The notes: a model not told the origin generated them from the letters alone. Shown: positions 13,201 through 24,637, counted from the first letter of the stretch. The stretch: DNA of 58,456 nt from Chrysochromulina tobinii (GCA_001275005.1 JWZX01003199.1:1-58456); one strand, 5' to 3'. Translations and numbers: made by a program.

Positions 13201-16200
13201 CTCATGTTGAAGAAGCTGAAAGACCCCCAAAACGGTGTTGAGAAGACAATCGAGCAGGTGCTGTGCACACGCTATTCGATGCTTTGGACCGACGGAGATC
13301 ATCTTATGATCAGGGATCGGGTGCAGTCCGCAACGCAGCTCCTCGCCTCTGGGCAGCTGCGTGTTTCTCTTGTGGAGGCAATCACTGGCGAGGTGCGAGA
13401 GGCTTTCTGCAATTATCTCACCCTCATGATCTGCAAGATGAACGAGCAGCTTAACTTGGACTTGCTCGACGAGATCTCGCTTTCAACGCTGGATCCTCAC
13501 GTCCAGGGTGTATTTCTTCGCTGCCTCACGCTGTTGCCCATCCCGCCCATTCCCGAGCTCAAGCTGCTCACTCAGCCGCGCCGCATTGTCGTCACAAGCC
13601 CACCTCCTCAAGCAAACTCGATGTTTCCGTTCTTTCACCTCGTCTCGGCGCTCTTTAGCCAGGCGACGGGTGAAGTGTTTGCAACTGCGGAGGGCCACAG
13701 TCTCTCTGAGAGGCACGCCGCAGCTGCAGTCGAAGATAAAATCAAAACATCCGATTCGCCACTTGCAGAAGTGGTTCGTTGGATGGCTGGTATTGACGTC
13801 ACATGCGAGCTTCCAGAAGAGCTGTGGAAGCGTTATGTGGCTCATTTTGTAAGCAAGCTGTGCTGTGGCTCGCCAATCGTTGAGCAGCGGATGGTGATTG
13901 CTTGGCTGCGCAACCGCTGCTACAGCATCGATGCAAAGCGGCCAGTGATTGCACTGCATATTGCAGCGCATCGTAACGAGGAGATGATCAAAGGCTTGGC
14001 TGCCATGCTTCGGCCGCTGAGTGTGCTCATGGAAAGCATGGGAGCAACGTCATCAGCGATGATGGAGGCGAAAATGGAAGATTTGGGGGATGCCGCCGCA
14101 ACTCGAGAGGTCGCCGCGAGTTTGCACGCCGCCATCGTGCAGGAGTTCTACAGGCAGATGGATCTTGCTGTTGCCAGCTCTGAGCAGGACCCTCAGCAGG
14201 CAGTCAAGTGGGCCAACGCATTTGGGTTGGTCGAGCTTCGTGACTTAGTCGTCGATAGCCAGGGTTCAAATATCCCCGAGAGCGCAACGAGCCTGCTCGT
14301 GATGAGCGTAGTGCACGCTGCTGCCAAAAGTGTCCGGGAGGGCGACGATTGCGCTTCCTTACGCCGTTTCGCCCAAGAGGCCAAGCTCGCCATCAATGCT
14401 CAACTGCGCCTCGAGAGCGTTTGGCGCATCACACAGCGGATCTATCCGGATCGAACGGGACTGATGCAGCGCATTTTGAAGCTTTGGTGCAGCACGGCTC
14501 AGTTTGAGTGCTCGCCGCTCAAGCCTGAGGTGCGCTCTGATGTGGGATTCTTGCTGAATACCCTTGTTCATGAGCACCAGCTACCCGAGACATTACGCAC
14601 TTATGTTGTCGAGTCCTTACTCTCGAACTCGCGGCTTGTCGGCACTCTGTGCGACTACAACGTCATGGAGCGTGATGCCGACTCGAGCAGCAGCGCCGAA
14701 GTGCTTGAGCTACTTGAGAGCCATCTCGTCGATCAGCTCGCAACAAGTCCTATTGCTGAAAGCTGGGAATGCGCGTATGTGCCCCCGTGGTTCAAGCAGG
14801 AGGGTGCGAAGCTCGATCGACCCGTCGCACACGCGTACTTCACTGTTGTACTCAAGCAACTGCTTGCCCAGCGGTCAGGAAAGCTTGAGGAGTCCATTGG
14901 CCTATACTGCAGCCTGAAGTCACAGCTCGATGGAATGATAGAAAGCCGCAGTCGTGCTGCGACGACTGTCTCTGTACGGCAAGCGCGTCTCCGAAAGTTG
15001 GAGCGTAAAGGGCCGTTGCGAGTGCCTCACTTGCGTGCTATCACCCTTGCTGCCTGCAAGCTCTTGGTGGTGCTTGACCTAGGCTCACGGCTCGCGGCTA
15101 CTGCTCGGCACGATCGCGATCCAGCGGAACCGTTGCTAGAAGGTCCAGAAGCGCAATTGATGAGCGAAGCGCCCTCACTGCAGCTCCAGGCACTTGTGGA
15201 GAGCCATCCGGACTGGGGGCATGAGCTCATGAATGCTTTAGCAGGAGAGGTCCGCAGCCGCGAGACGATGATCAAGTTCTTACGCGCACACGGCCGGCGG
15301 CTTTTACCTGCGGTCCTGAGCCAATGGTCCGAAATACCGGCGGCTGCAGAGGAGTGCGTCGGTCGGCATGCCAAGTTGGCATTTGCATTCGACCCTGACA
15401 ATGTGCTCCACACCACATACTGCTCACTAGCGGAATCAATGACTGACCGCGATTTGCTCATTGCGAAGGTCCGAGCGTTGTGCAGTGCGAGCGCGGGCGT
15501 GGACAGACACAGGCTCGACGTGATCATGATGATGTTCGCTGCAATCTATTACGAACGCAGCACAATCAACAATCATGCGGTCATGAGTGCGCTGGATGCG
15601 CTGCAGAACGAGTTAAAGTTGTCCCCAAGTGCAATGCGAGTCTTCCGTGGCTTTCTCCAGCCTGAAACTCTCATTGCTTTTCAGGAGCCCGGTATGCCGA
15701 GCGATACGCTATATGATCTGCTGAAGGCACCACCGGCGGAGCTTCAAAGCCGAGAGGATCGTGAACTGCAGTCGTGCATCATCGGCATGATCGCCCTCAC
15801 CCTCGGATCCAACGAAGCCACAACCCACCTTGCTACGCACATCCTCCAGCCAGACCGGCTTGTCAACACTTTTGGCGTTGGGAGCCAATACTCACAAGCG
15901 ATCGGGTCAGTCCATTACGACTGTGGGTGTGAGCTTACGTTTGATGGCGACGTTCCCGCGAATCGTCCGCGACGCGAACCGCTCGACCGCCACTCACGCT
16001 ACTTCGTCCTTTGGTCGTCCTTTGCGGCGCTGGGCGTGAGCTTGGTCACACAGCCGGAGTCGCAGCACACCATGCGTCGTGTGCTTTCGCTTCCGGGGCA
16101 GGGCCTTCGCGCAGGCGTCCTCAGCTTTTGTAAGGCGCCATGGCATCATTTGGGCGTGAAGCTTCAGCTCAACGCTGAGAGCCAGTGCCAGCTCGTCCTC

Positions 16201-19200
16201 CGTGCACTCGAGCATCACCGCGAGAGCTCGTTCCAAAGCCATCGCGGGTATGCCAACGTTTTCCACAGCATTCCAGCAGTGCAGATGTATGAACGCCAGA
16301 TGATGATCTCATTCCATCATGCTCGTCAGCGTCTGCCGGACTACATCGCCCTCCTTCGCCGCCGCGAGGCCGCGTCTCAGCTCTCGAGCCGACTCGACGA
16401 CTTCATCATAGAGCACCCGCCTCTGCACGTGGCAGTCCGTCCCTCAGTGCCACCCATCACGCCCAGCGTCATCTTTGAGGATGAACTCGAGCTTGTAGTC
16501 GGTAGGGACCCTACAGGAACGCGTGAATTGGCCATGCTACTCACCTTTACGCGCAAGTGCCGTCATTTGCGCTTCCTGTGGGTGCTCCCTGACTTGATCG
16601 AGTTCTACCAATTCCTGCACGTGCAGCTCGAGTACATCCTGCTTGAAGAGCAGGCCAAGCAGAAAAGCATTGGTGCGCTGCTCGAGTCGATGGCGACAAA
16701 GCGCGGTAATGAAGGCACCCGAACGCGCTTTAGCCAGAACGACGCGCGCCGCATCACCCAGCTTTGGCTTCGTGTAAAGATGGGCTTCAATCAGTTCGTG
16801 GCTGAAAATCAAGCCATCGGTGTTGGGGCGTGCGCTGCGAATCAAGAGGCTGCGGCTGCAAATGCGGCGGCACATGCGCAAGCTGCACTAGAAGCTGTCG
16901 AAGCGACCGTTGGAGGGGACGTTCATCGAGTAGCCGAGGCTGCAACGGCGGCTGCAGCTGCAGCTGCAGCTGCCCGCGCTGCTGAACAGCGGCTGACTCG
17001 AATCTCGCCTTTGGACGATTCTCATCCTATATGGCGTTTCCTGAGCACGAATGAGGATGAACTGTTCGACGACGGCGGCGTCCGCTTCAATGGCCAGGTG
17101 TTAACTTGCGACAGCCTGTTCCTTGTCATTAAGCGCATGGTTGCGATGCACAATGATTTGGTATTGGAGCTTTCCGAGCACGGTCTGGCGACTGCTCACG
17201 ACAAGAAGCCGATCAAACCGCTTGAGCTCAACACGGCAAGCGTTGCACTTGGCGACGTGCGACCTTGGGACCTGCACCTCGGCGTCGATGAAAGCAAGAG
17301 CCTCGCTCAGCAGACAGCGCAGATGGAGAGGCACTTGAAGGAGAGCCTGCTTCATTTGGATCACGCTGGAAGCTTTGCCAAGTTGGTGCAGCTCCACTGG
17401 CAACGTCAAAGCCAAACGTCAAAGACACCGTTTGATTTCGATGCTATCCGCCGAGAGGTGAATGGCCTCTACCTCGATCGGCTTGCAATAATTGAGGACC
17501 CGTCTGCCCACTTGCGCCGTGTATTTCGATTTCGACGGACGTCAGCAGGCAACGAGGCTGCCTCAGGAGACGAGGCGCTTGCTACAGCAGTTCGGTTGCA
17601 AAGCGACCTTACGCGTTTGCAGCACGCCCTGAGTGCCTCGCACACGCTAGGTGACGAGGAGACAAACGGCATGCATATCCTATACTTCCGCATGTTTCAC
17701 TCGCTCGAGCATGACCAGGTGGCCAAGCTGCTTCGTGGGCTTGACATGGTCGCCACCATTTGGATTCGAGCCGTCTCGGCTGGCGCTCATGATGAAGACG
17801 CAACGATTCGGACGCAACTCGGTGAAATGTTTCCAGATGTCAAGAGTGACGCCGAGCTACTGCAGCGCGTGCACATTGAGCTCTACGAGGAAGAGCAGTG
17901 CAACACCCTCCTGCAGGTGCGGTTCACGCAGCTCTCATTGTTGCTGAACTACCTTCGCATCTACCTTTCGTCGCAGGACTACATCTTCGCTCGCCTGCCC
18001 TTTGTGCTTAAGGCGCGGTGGGACGACGATGTCATCGTGACCCTCAATACGATCGAGCGCACGTACGACACAGACCGCTCGAATGACCGCTTACCTCTCT
18101 CTGCGGCGGCTGCGCAGCTCGAGTCAGGCATCGTTGACTACGAGCAGGTCTTCAGCTCCGAACCGGAGACGCCGCTGCATAGATTCATGGTCAACTGGGC
18201 AGGGAGCGAGCAAGCGCTGTACGAAGAGCTGCCACTGATGCGCGAGTTGCCCAAGAGAATTGCGCTGCAGCACTACGTCGAGCTGCGTAAGCTCCTGCAC
18301 CGCTGGTCGCATAGGCCTGTGACAGCGGCACCGATCGCGGAGAAGTGGGCATGGCCCTTAATATTCAACTCGCAGAAAGTTGCCAAGCCGGCAGCGACCG
18401 TTGAGCCGTCTGAGGACATTGCATCTCGCTGGGTTCTCTGGTTTGAGGACGGCGATGACCTTATAGATGCCAACACGGCAGGACAAGTAAGAGAGGTGCT
18501 GGACGAAATCATCAGCGCGCTGGCGTCAGAGGATCGCCGCATGAAGAAGCTCGAGATGAACGCCATACGTTGCCAGTTCCGCTGGCGCTATGTGCTCGGC
18601 TGTCGAAGGCGAAGGGCCGAGAAGGCTGTGGCGCAAGCAGCACTGGAGGCGGCACACTCTGCTTTCGAAAAGCTCAGAGGTGCAACTGACAAAGAGCTTC
18701 CAAGTGCGATTGCAGCTGCTAGGCCGCATGTCAGTGCGTTTGCTGAGCTGGCGGAGCTCCTACTGCAAAAGCAGGCTCGGATGGCAGAGATCAATCGCAA
18801 TTTGTCGGAGGCACGAATGAAGACGATGCGATGGTATGTACGAGTATTGGCTACTGCTGTGGGCTTCTTGATTTTGGCGATGGTCATTCCGTTGCTCATA
18901 AGCTCTGGCGACGCTGCGCTGGATTCGACGAGCCATCCTGAGCTTGAGAGCGCCACGCAGCAGGGGATCTCTATTGCTCGACTGACAGCATCGGATGATT
19001 TCCAGCTCGACTCCATCATCGAAGGCTTTGACGCAAGATTGGAAAAAGCATCCATGGAGATGAGCCATGGCCTTGATGCTGAAGAGAGCGGACCGCCTTT
19101 GGCAACTCCAGAGGTTGAGGGGCCTACTACTCAGTTGGCAGGGCCGACGGCACAGTCGATGCTGCAGCAGACGGACGCCACGGACGCAACGAGTTTGCTT

Positions 19201-19494
19201 CGCATTTTCGGGTTGATCGTGGGGCAAGGATGTGCATGGTGGTTTGTATGGAATAAGTTTTGTAACGAACGGCATGGCGATGCCCCGAAGTCGATGCTGC
19301 GACAGCTGACAAGCGTGGTGTTCATCCTTTTGCTGCTTCTCGGAGCATGGTGGTCCGTTTCGAGCGTGGTCCGCTGGGACGATCGCAAGAGTGTTCGTGA
19401 TCGCTTGAGTCACCTCGTTTCGCTCAGGGAGGCTGGACTGGTGACTGAGGAATACTATCTCGAACGTGAGAGGGAGCTCCTGCAAATGATCTGA
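1229..19494 (+). CDS. RNF213: Giant RNF213/mysterin-like AAA+ ATPase, join(1229..1270,1367..10480,10561..19494), ~6029 aa
   Basis: ORFs 1133..10606 and 10450..19494 join in frame across intron 10481-10560, giving RIPLMI|IGPPGSSKT. A colinear series of RNF213-type motifs is present: MGPSGSGKT; FVLTLDFTMKMLCMHERIECRVPCIMEGETGVSKT; FLDEVNT; IAACNP; YQVHPLP...WDYGSL; VSLRDIQR; YQCS; FMDEAGL; GFVAITNHALDAAKSNR; FFGLRDF; PFLHRFEKY; LPDLIEFYQFLH. The symbol means family-level similarity, not proven orthology. Confidence 0.88.
1271..1366 (+). other. Probable intron 1 of the RNF213-like gene (96 nt, in frame, no stop codon)
   Basis: GTAAGC donor at 1271, CTGAC branch motif near 1340, GCGCAG acceptor ending at 1366. 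Because it is 3n and stop-free, retention cannot be excluded. Confidence 0.65.
10481..10560 (+). other. Intron 2 of the RNF213-like gene (80 nt)
   Basis: GTACGT donor and CCTTCCGCAG acceptor. Removal restores the frame immediately before Walker A GPPGSSKT. Confidence 0.92.
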
Positions 19495-20147
19495 GCCAGT
19501 CATCGGGGCGGATCGAGCGTGTGCCCGTGGGCTGTGGCATGTTGAAGAGATGCCGTGCGCGCATGACCATGAGCCGTGATCGTGCAAAGGCCGAGGCGCG
19601 CGCGCGCGCGCGCGTCAAGTGTGTACTCCTGTAATTGGTATTGCTAGTGAGGTCTCTGACACTCTCTGAACTCCAAGTGGTCAACGCATCGCATGGCGTG
19701 GGGTCAGCGGGTTTTCCCTGCCGCGCCGCCCCCCTCGCGGTGCACCCACGGATTCCCACGCTTGCCGTCGGTGAGCGCCGCAGTACAGTGCCGACCATCT
19801 CGTGTCGCCCCGTTTTCACACACACACACACATGTACCGACCTGATGCGGGCGAGCTCCAGAGCTCTCCCAGTCCAACTAGGAATCCGGGATCTACCTGT
19901 GACGCCTGACGCCCCGCTGATGAGCCAACACCACACCGCTCCACATCACACTCGACACTCGACACAGGGCGGACGCGATTCCGTTCTATCTGCGACGTGC
20001 CACGCAGCGCGCACTCCATCTCACATCATGCGTCATCTGGTCACACACGGCAATGCAGTGTAGCGCTCACCACAGCGCCACGACACGTGCGCCGGCGCCG
20101 GTTGGCGGCGCAACGCGCCTCTTGCCGCAGCCGGCTGGATTTAGAAT

Positions 20148-20963
20148 TTAGAAGCCGTAGGCGTCGCCGCCAAGGACCACGTCGCCGCCGAGCACGGCCT
20201 CCGAAGTCATACGCTGGTTGATCGAGTGCGGCACAACGCCCGCGGTCATCGGGAACTCGACCGGCGCGGTGTTGACGATGCGCACGACGTTGCCCGAGCC
20301 CGGCGTCTCGAGGATGCAGAAAAAGGGCCGGTCGAGGCCATCCTCGGTGTACAGCTCGATCACCTGCTTGTTGTTGTTCGGGCCCTGCAGCAGCTCGATG
20401 CGCGCGTTGAGCGGGCGGCCGTCGGTCTTCAGAAGAACCTCAATGCTGTCCACAGTCGGATCGAAGGGGTACGTGCGCAGGGCACCACCCTGGATGGTGG
20501 CGGACGCGGCAATGCACTCAGCCGACGGGTTGTCAACCTGATCGGCGATGACGTTGGCAGCGATCGGGAACTCGATCTGGCCAATGTTGCGGATGGCAAC
20601 GGTGTTGGGGCCGCGGGGGGTCTCAATCGTCGCGCAGAAGGGACGCAGCTGGCCATTCTCCACATACACGCGCATCTTGCACGGCGTGTTGTCGGGCCCG
20701 TGCCAGAGCTCGATGTCGGCATCGAGCGGACGGCCCTCAGTGCTGAGCACGACCTGCACCTGCTCCACCGCCGGGGAGCGGTACGACCAGGTGCGAAGCG
20801 AGCCGCCCTGGATGAGGATGGCCGAATCGGCCGACGGAGGCATACGGGTGGGCACCACGCCACCAGTGTAGCCAGTGTAGGAGCCCGGGGGCGCGCTGAC
20901 GCCGTATTGCATCATCGGGGTGCCCATGCGGAGGCCAACGGTGCCAATCATGGTTGCGAGCAT
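20148..20963 (-). CDS. Algal protein of unknown function with an internally duplicated domain (~271 aa)
   Basis: ATG at 20963 (MLATMIG...). Two homologous halves: IQGGSLRTW...TEGRPLDADIELWHGPDN and IQGGALRTY...TDGRPLNARIELLQGPNN. Strong GC3 codon bias. Confidence 0.85.
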   Translation of the reverse strand: MLATMIGTVGLRMGTPMMQYGVSAPPGSYTGYTGGVVPTRMPPSADSAILIQGGSLRTWSYRSPAVEQVQVVLSTEGRPLDADIELWHGPDNTPCKMRVYVENGQLRPFCATIETPRGPNTVAIRNIGQIEFPIAANVIADQVDNPSAECIAASATIQGGALRTYPFDPTVDSIEVLLKTDGRPLNARIELLQGPNNNKQVIELYTEDGLDRPFFCILETPGSGNVVRIVNTAPVEFPMTAGVVPHSINQRMTSEAVLGGDVVLGGDAYGF

Positions 20964-21668
20964 GTCGAAGGCTTCGTGAGAAGGGGTTCGTGTCCGGCGA
21001 GGAATCCTCATCGAAGGAGATCGAAGCTCCAAAAGGATCCTCAATTCCATCCTGCAACCCAGCATAACACAACCGTCCTGCTCATTTTCGGAGCCGTGCC
21101 GGGGCATGCCGGTCCGTCGCTCGAGACCTGTGCCAGCTGCATAACTCTTGTCACTTGTGTGAACCGCGTCCGACACATAAGAAACCCCACGCGTTACAAG
21201 TATAGTATGAAGGAACCCGCGGCCGCGCGCGCGCGCGCGCTGCGCGTAGAGAGTCCGACCCCAAAGCGGACCGTGCAACCATGCAAGATGCATTGCACCA
21301 AGCACGCCCGCCGATGGCCCATGCCAGGCAGGACGCTCCAGCTGCCGGCCCCAAGATGTCAGTGACTCTCACCCCATCGCGCGGGTCTCCACTCTCCACA
21401 TGCGCACATGACTTGGTCGGGCAACTATAGGTTGATCAGACAGCCTTCAAACTGCGCTCCGCTCCATCAGTCTTAATTACTTGCTCCATCATGCCGTGTT
21501 CGTTTACATGTATTGGGATGTCCGTCACAATCTGCTGCGAGATTGCGATCTGCCCTTTCGAACTTGCGCTTTCACCTGCCGTTACCTCAAGCCAGATCCA
21601 CGCCGTCCTGAGCACTTATCCATGCAAGGCTGTTCACGCCCGGTAAGGCCGTTCACGCCCGGTAAGGC

Positions 21669-23300
21669 TCACCAAGCGAGCTGCTTGTGCCTCACCCTGA
21701 TGAGTTGATTGCCCAGGCACGCTTGCATCGCCTCACACAAGGATGCCAGCGGGGCATGGCCATACGTCAACAAGTTATGCTCGCCTGCGCTCAAGAGGGA
21801 AGGAGCATACTCGCCCGTACCGGTCGCATACTGCCAAGCGTTGAAGGCCGAGTTTGCCTTTCGGTACTTGAACTTCGCGACTCCCTCGGAGAGCATCTGG
21901 ACCATCTTTCGACTCGTCAGCCAGTAATCCACAAACTTGTTGAAGCCTGCGGCGAGCTTGCGATGCAGCATGTGGCCCATGCTAGCCTGGAGCAGGTGCA
22001 GATTCCTGGCGCGGCTCTCGGCGAACAAGAGCCACGAGTTCCACCCCTTGGCCAGTTGCTGCTGGGGCAGTCGCCTCAGCGCCTGGCGGCAGATTTCGTC
22101 GATTCGCTCCGCGCGCTCCTTGCGTGCGCGGCTGCTGTCGCTCATGTCGCCCTCGGGGCTGCTCGGGGGTGTCATCTCATCGACAGTTATTTCGAGCAGG
22201 GGCATGCTGGGCTGAACGTAACCCTCGAGCTCAGCATACTGCTGTCGCACGATCCTCGCCTTCGTGGCAGCCCTCGTGCGGCAATGCTTCATGCTTGTGG
22301 TCTGCGCATCGCGCTCGTGCCGTAGCTCATCGCCCTTCTTCTGCATCGCCTTGAGGGCTGCCGTGCATTCCTTGGCATCGAGCCTTCCGCTGCCGTCCGC
22401 GTCGATCACGTGAAAGAGCTCAGCGGCCTGCATGTGTGCGGAGGCGTCGAGTAACAGCCCACTGACCATATTTAGAAAGTCGCCCTTCGTCAGACCTTCC
22501 GAGCTGCTCGCAAACTGACCCACAAAGTCCGCCGCTTTGATGCGCCGGCGCGTGCAAGCGATGCCGAGCTGCACCTCCAGATCCGCCTCCATCTCGCGCT
22601 TCAGCCGCGTAAGCTCCGCCTCCCGCCGGTTGGCATCTTCCTCGAGGCCTTCTCCCTCGGCCGCGATGACGGCGATCTCGCGCAGCCTGGTAGCTTTGGC
22701 TGACTGGAGTTTGCGCACCTCAGCCTGTTCCTTCTGAATCGCAACAGCAACAGACTTCAAATCGACCAAGATCGTTTTGAGCTCGTTCGAGCTGATCACG
22801 CCCGACTTGTCTTTGTCATGAGAGTCGAAGAACGCGTCGATCTCCTTTGTTTCGAGATCGAAAGGTTCCTTGGGCCGGTGCTTTGCAAAGAGCGCTTTGA
22901 TGCGCAAGCGAAACTCGGTCTTCAGCACGCTGCCGCTGTTTGTTGGGTCCCACGCCCGGAGCTGTGCCGGTACATCGACATTCGCTTCAGCAAGAAGCTC
23001 ACGCAGCTGCACCGCCACCCCCTGCTTGCGAGGCTTGTTGTCGCCCTCTAGCGCTTCGGCCTCGGCTATGAGCTCGCTTGAACTCAGCTTCGTGACCACC
23101 GTGATTGCAGGTGCAGCCTTGCGAACGTTCTGGAGCCCGGCGAACGTGCCTCGGATGGGAACCACAGCCGGGGGAGAGTAGGCACCCAAGGGGGCTTCCC
23201 CTTGTGGTTTGAAAGAGCGCAGCTTGGCAGATTTTTTGAAATAGCGATGGCTTTGGCGCGGCGTCCAGATGTGAGGAGCGGCTGCAGTCGGCGAAGGCAT
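21669..23300 (-). CDS. EF-hand and coiled-coil protein with Sfi1-like Trp repeats (543 aa)
   Basis: EF-hand loops DKDKSGVISSNE and DADGSGRLDAKE. C-terminal repeats LAKGWNSW / LAAGFNKF / AFNAWQ. Confidence 0.8.
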   Translation of the reverse strand: MPSPTAAAPHIWTPRQSHRYFKKSAKLRSFKPQGEAPLGAYSPPAVVPIRGTFAGLQNVRKAAPAITVVTKLSSSELIAEAEALEGDNKPRKQGVAVQLRELLAEANVDVPAQLRAWDPTNSGSVLKTEFRLRIKALFAKHRPKEPFDLETKEIDAFFDSHDKDKSGVISSNELKTILVDLKSVAVAIQKEQAEVRKLQSAKATRLREIAVIAAEGEGLEEDANRREAELTRLKREMEADLEVQLGIACTRRRIKAADFVGQFASSSEGLTKGDFLNMVSGLLLDASAHMQAAELFHVIDADGSGRLDAKECTAALKAMQKKGDELRHERDAQTTSMKHCRTRAATKARIVRQQYAELEGYVQPSMPLLEITVDEMTPPSSPEGDMSDSSRARKERAERIDEICRQALRRLPQQQLAKGWNSWLLFAESRARNLHLLQASMGHMLHRKLAAGFNKFVDYWLTSRKMVQMLSEGVAKFKYRKANSAFNAWQYATGTGEYAPSLLSAGEHNLLTYGHAPLASLCEAMQACLGNQLIRVRHKQLAW

Positions 23301-23565
23301 TGAGCCTAGCGACGCCCGATTCCTAGTCTGCTTTCGCGATGCCGATCCTCTGCTCCTCTGTGCCGATCCTCTCCTGGATGCCTCGTGCGTCGGTCATCGG
23401 AGCACACGAGGAATCCAAGAGTTTCAAGTCTCAATTTCGCGGCCAATTTTACAAGAACTTTGATTACGAGCGTAGGGTGCGCGATCCGTCGTCCGTGTCG
23501 ACCGACTCGTCGCGTGTGTGGGTACCATCCTGACACACACTGATGAGACAGCAAGCATCTCGGTC

Positions 23566-24466
23566 TCAAAACCGTTCGTACTCGACCTCGAAGCCGCACG
23601 CACAGCGCTTGGTCCACGTGTCCTTGGCCTCATCGTACGTCTCGTCGGGCATGAAGACGTGCGTGTGCGACACAAACGCCGACTGCTGCGCTATGTGCTT
23701 TGCAGCCGCGGCTGGCCGCTTAGCCTGAGGCACGAGGATGGCTCCAGTGGCAATCAGAGGCAATCAGAGGCAATCAGAGGCAATCAGAGGTCATCAGAGG
23801 CCATCTCACCTGAGGCACGAGGATGGCTCCATCGCGCCGCGCCTGCTCACGTTCGGCCGCCTTGCGCTTGCGCGCCTCGCCCTTGACGACCCGATCACTC
23901 ATGCGGCGCTCGCGTTCGTTGAAGAGCCCTTCCGAGCTGCCCCACGCCTGCAGCGCTAGCGCCTCTACCTGCGTGCGCAGGAAGAGCTTCATGTCGCCGC
24001 CGTGCGAACGGCCCGACTGCGCGTATGGGTTGGGCCGGAGGAGGCAGCCGAGGCCGCCGCGCTCCTTGGTCAGCTGCCGATCGGTGAGAAAGTATTCGCC
24101 CTTGACTTTCGTCTTTATGATCAGCTCGTACTTGCCACCAGGGCCACGGGCCGCCTGCTGGCAGTCGTAGCACGCGCTCACTCCAAACGCTGCAAAGAAT
24201 TTCGGTTGTCCGCTCGCTTCGCCGCACTCATCGCAAATGCCCACCGTGCGCGGCGCGTGGTCATCCGGCGGCGGCGGTAGCACCATTCCCCGCTCCTGCC
24301 GCTCCAGCGCGTCCAGTGCTGCCTCACCCTCATAATCAAAGTCGTCGCTCTCCACGGGCGCCGTCACTTTCCGAGGTGGCGGTGGAACACCTCGCTGCCG
24401 GTTCACCTGCTGTGCCGGTGGTGGCTCGATGTAGTCGTCCTCGGCAAAGAAGCCGCCGCCTTGCAT
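23566..24466 (-). CDS. XPA: DNA repair protein XPA/Rad14 homolog, join(24466..23810,23724..23566), ~271 aa
   Basis: C4 zinc finger CDEC...CYDC. XPA_C motifs KYELIIKT...EYFLTD, PNPY, GDMKLFLRTQVE...WGS. C-terminal HTHVF...KRCACGFEVEYE. Confidence 0.9.
23725..23809 (-). other. Repeat-type intron in XPA (85 nt)
   Basis: GTGAGA donor, (CTGATTGCCT)n core, CAG acceptor. 23-bp direct repeat at 23724-23746 and 23809-23831. Confidence 0.9.
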
Positions 24467-24637
24467 TTTTCGTGTGAAGGCGCGATTCTTCCCGGAATCA
24501 ACACAAGACTCAACCGGAGACGTCAAAAATATGCTTCTCACGATTGTTTTCCGGCCACGCTTCCAAGAAGTCCCATCAGTGTGTTTCTATGGCTGCAAGT
24601 GGGGAAAAAGGCGAGCTTATTTCTCTCGCCACCCGCC

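Noticed and set aside
1229..19494. Midasin/Rea1 or dynein identity for the AAA+vWA protein
   Set aside because: Motif wording and order (IAACNP, LDAAKSNR, FFGLRDF) match RNF213. The vWA is internal rather than C-terminal, and there is no long acidic midasin tail.
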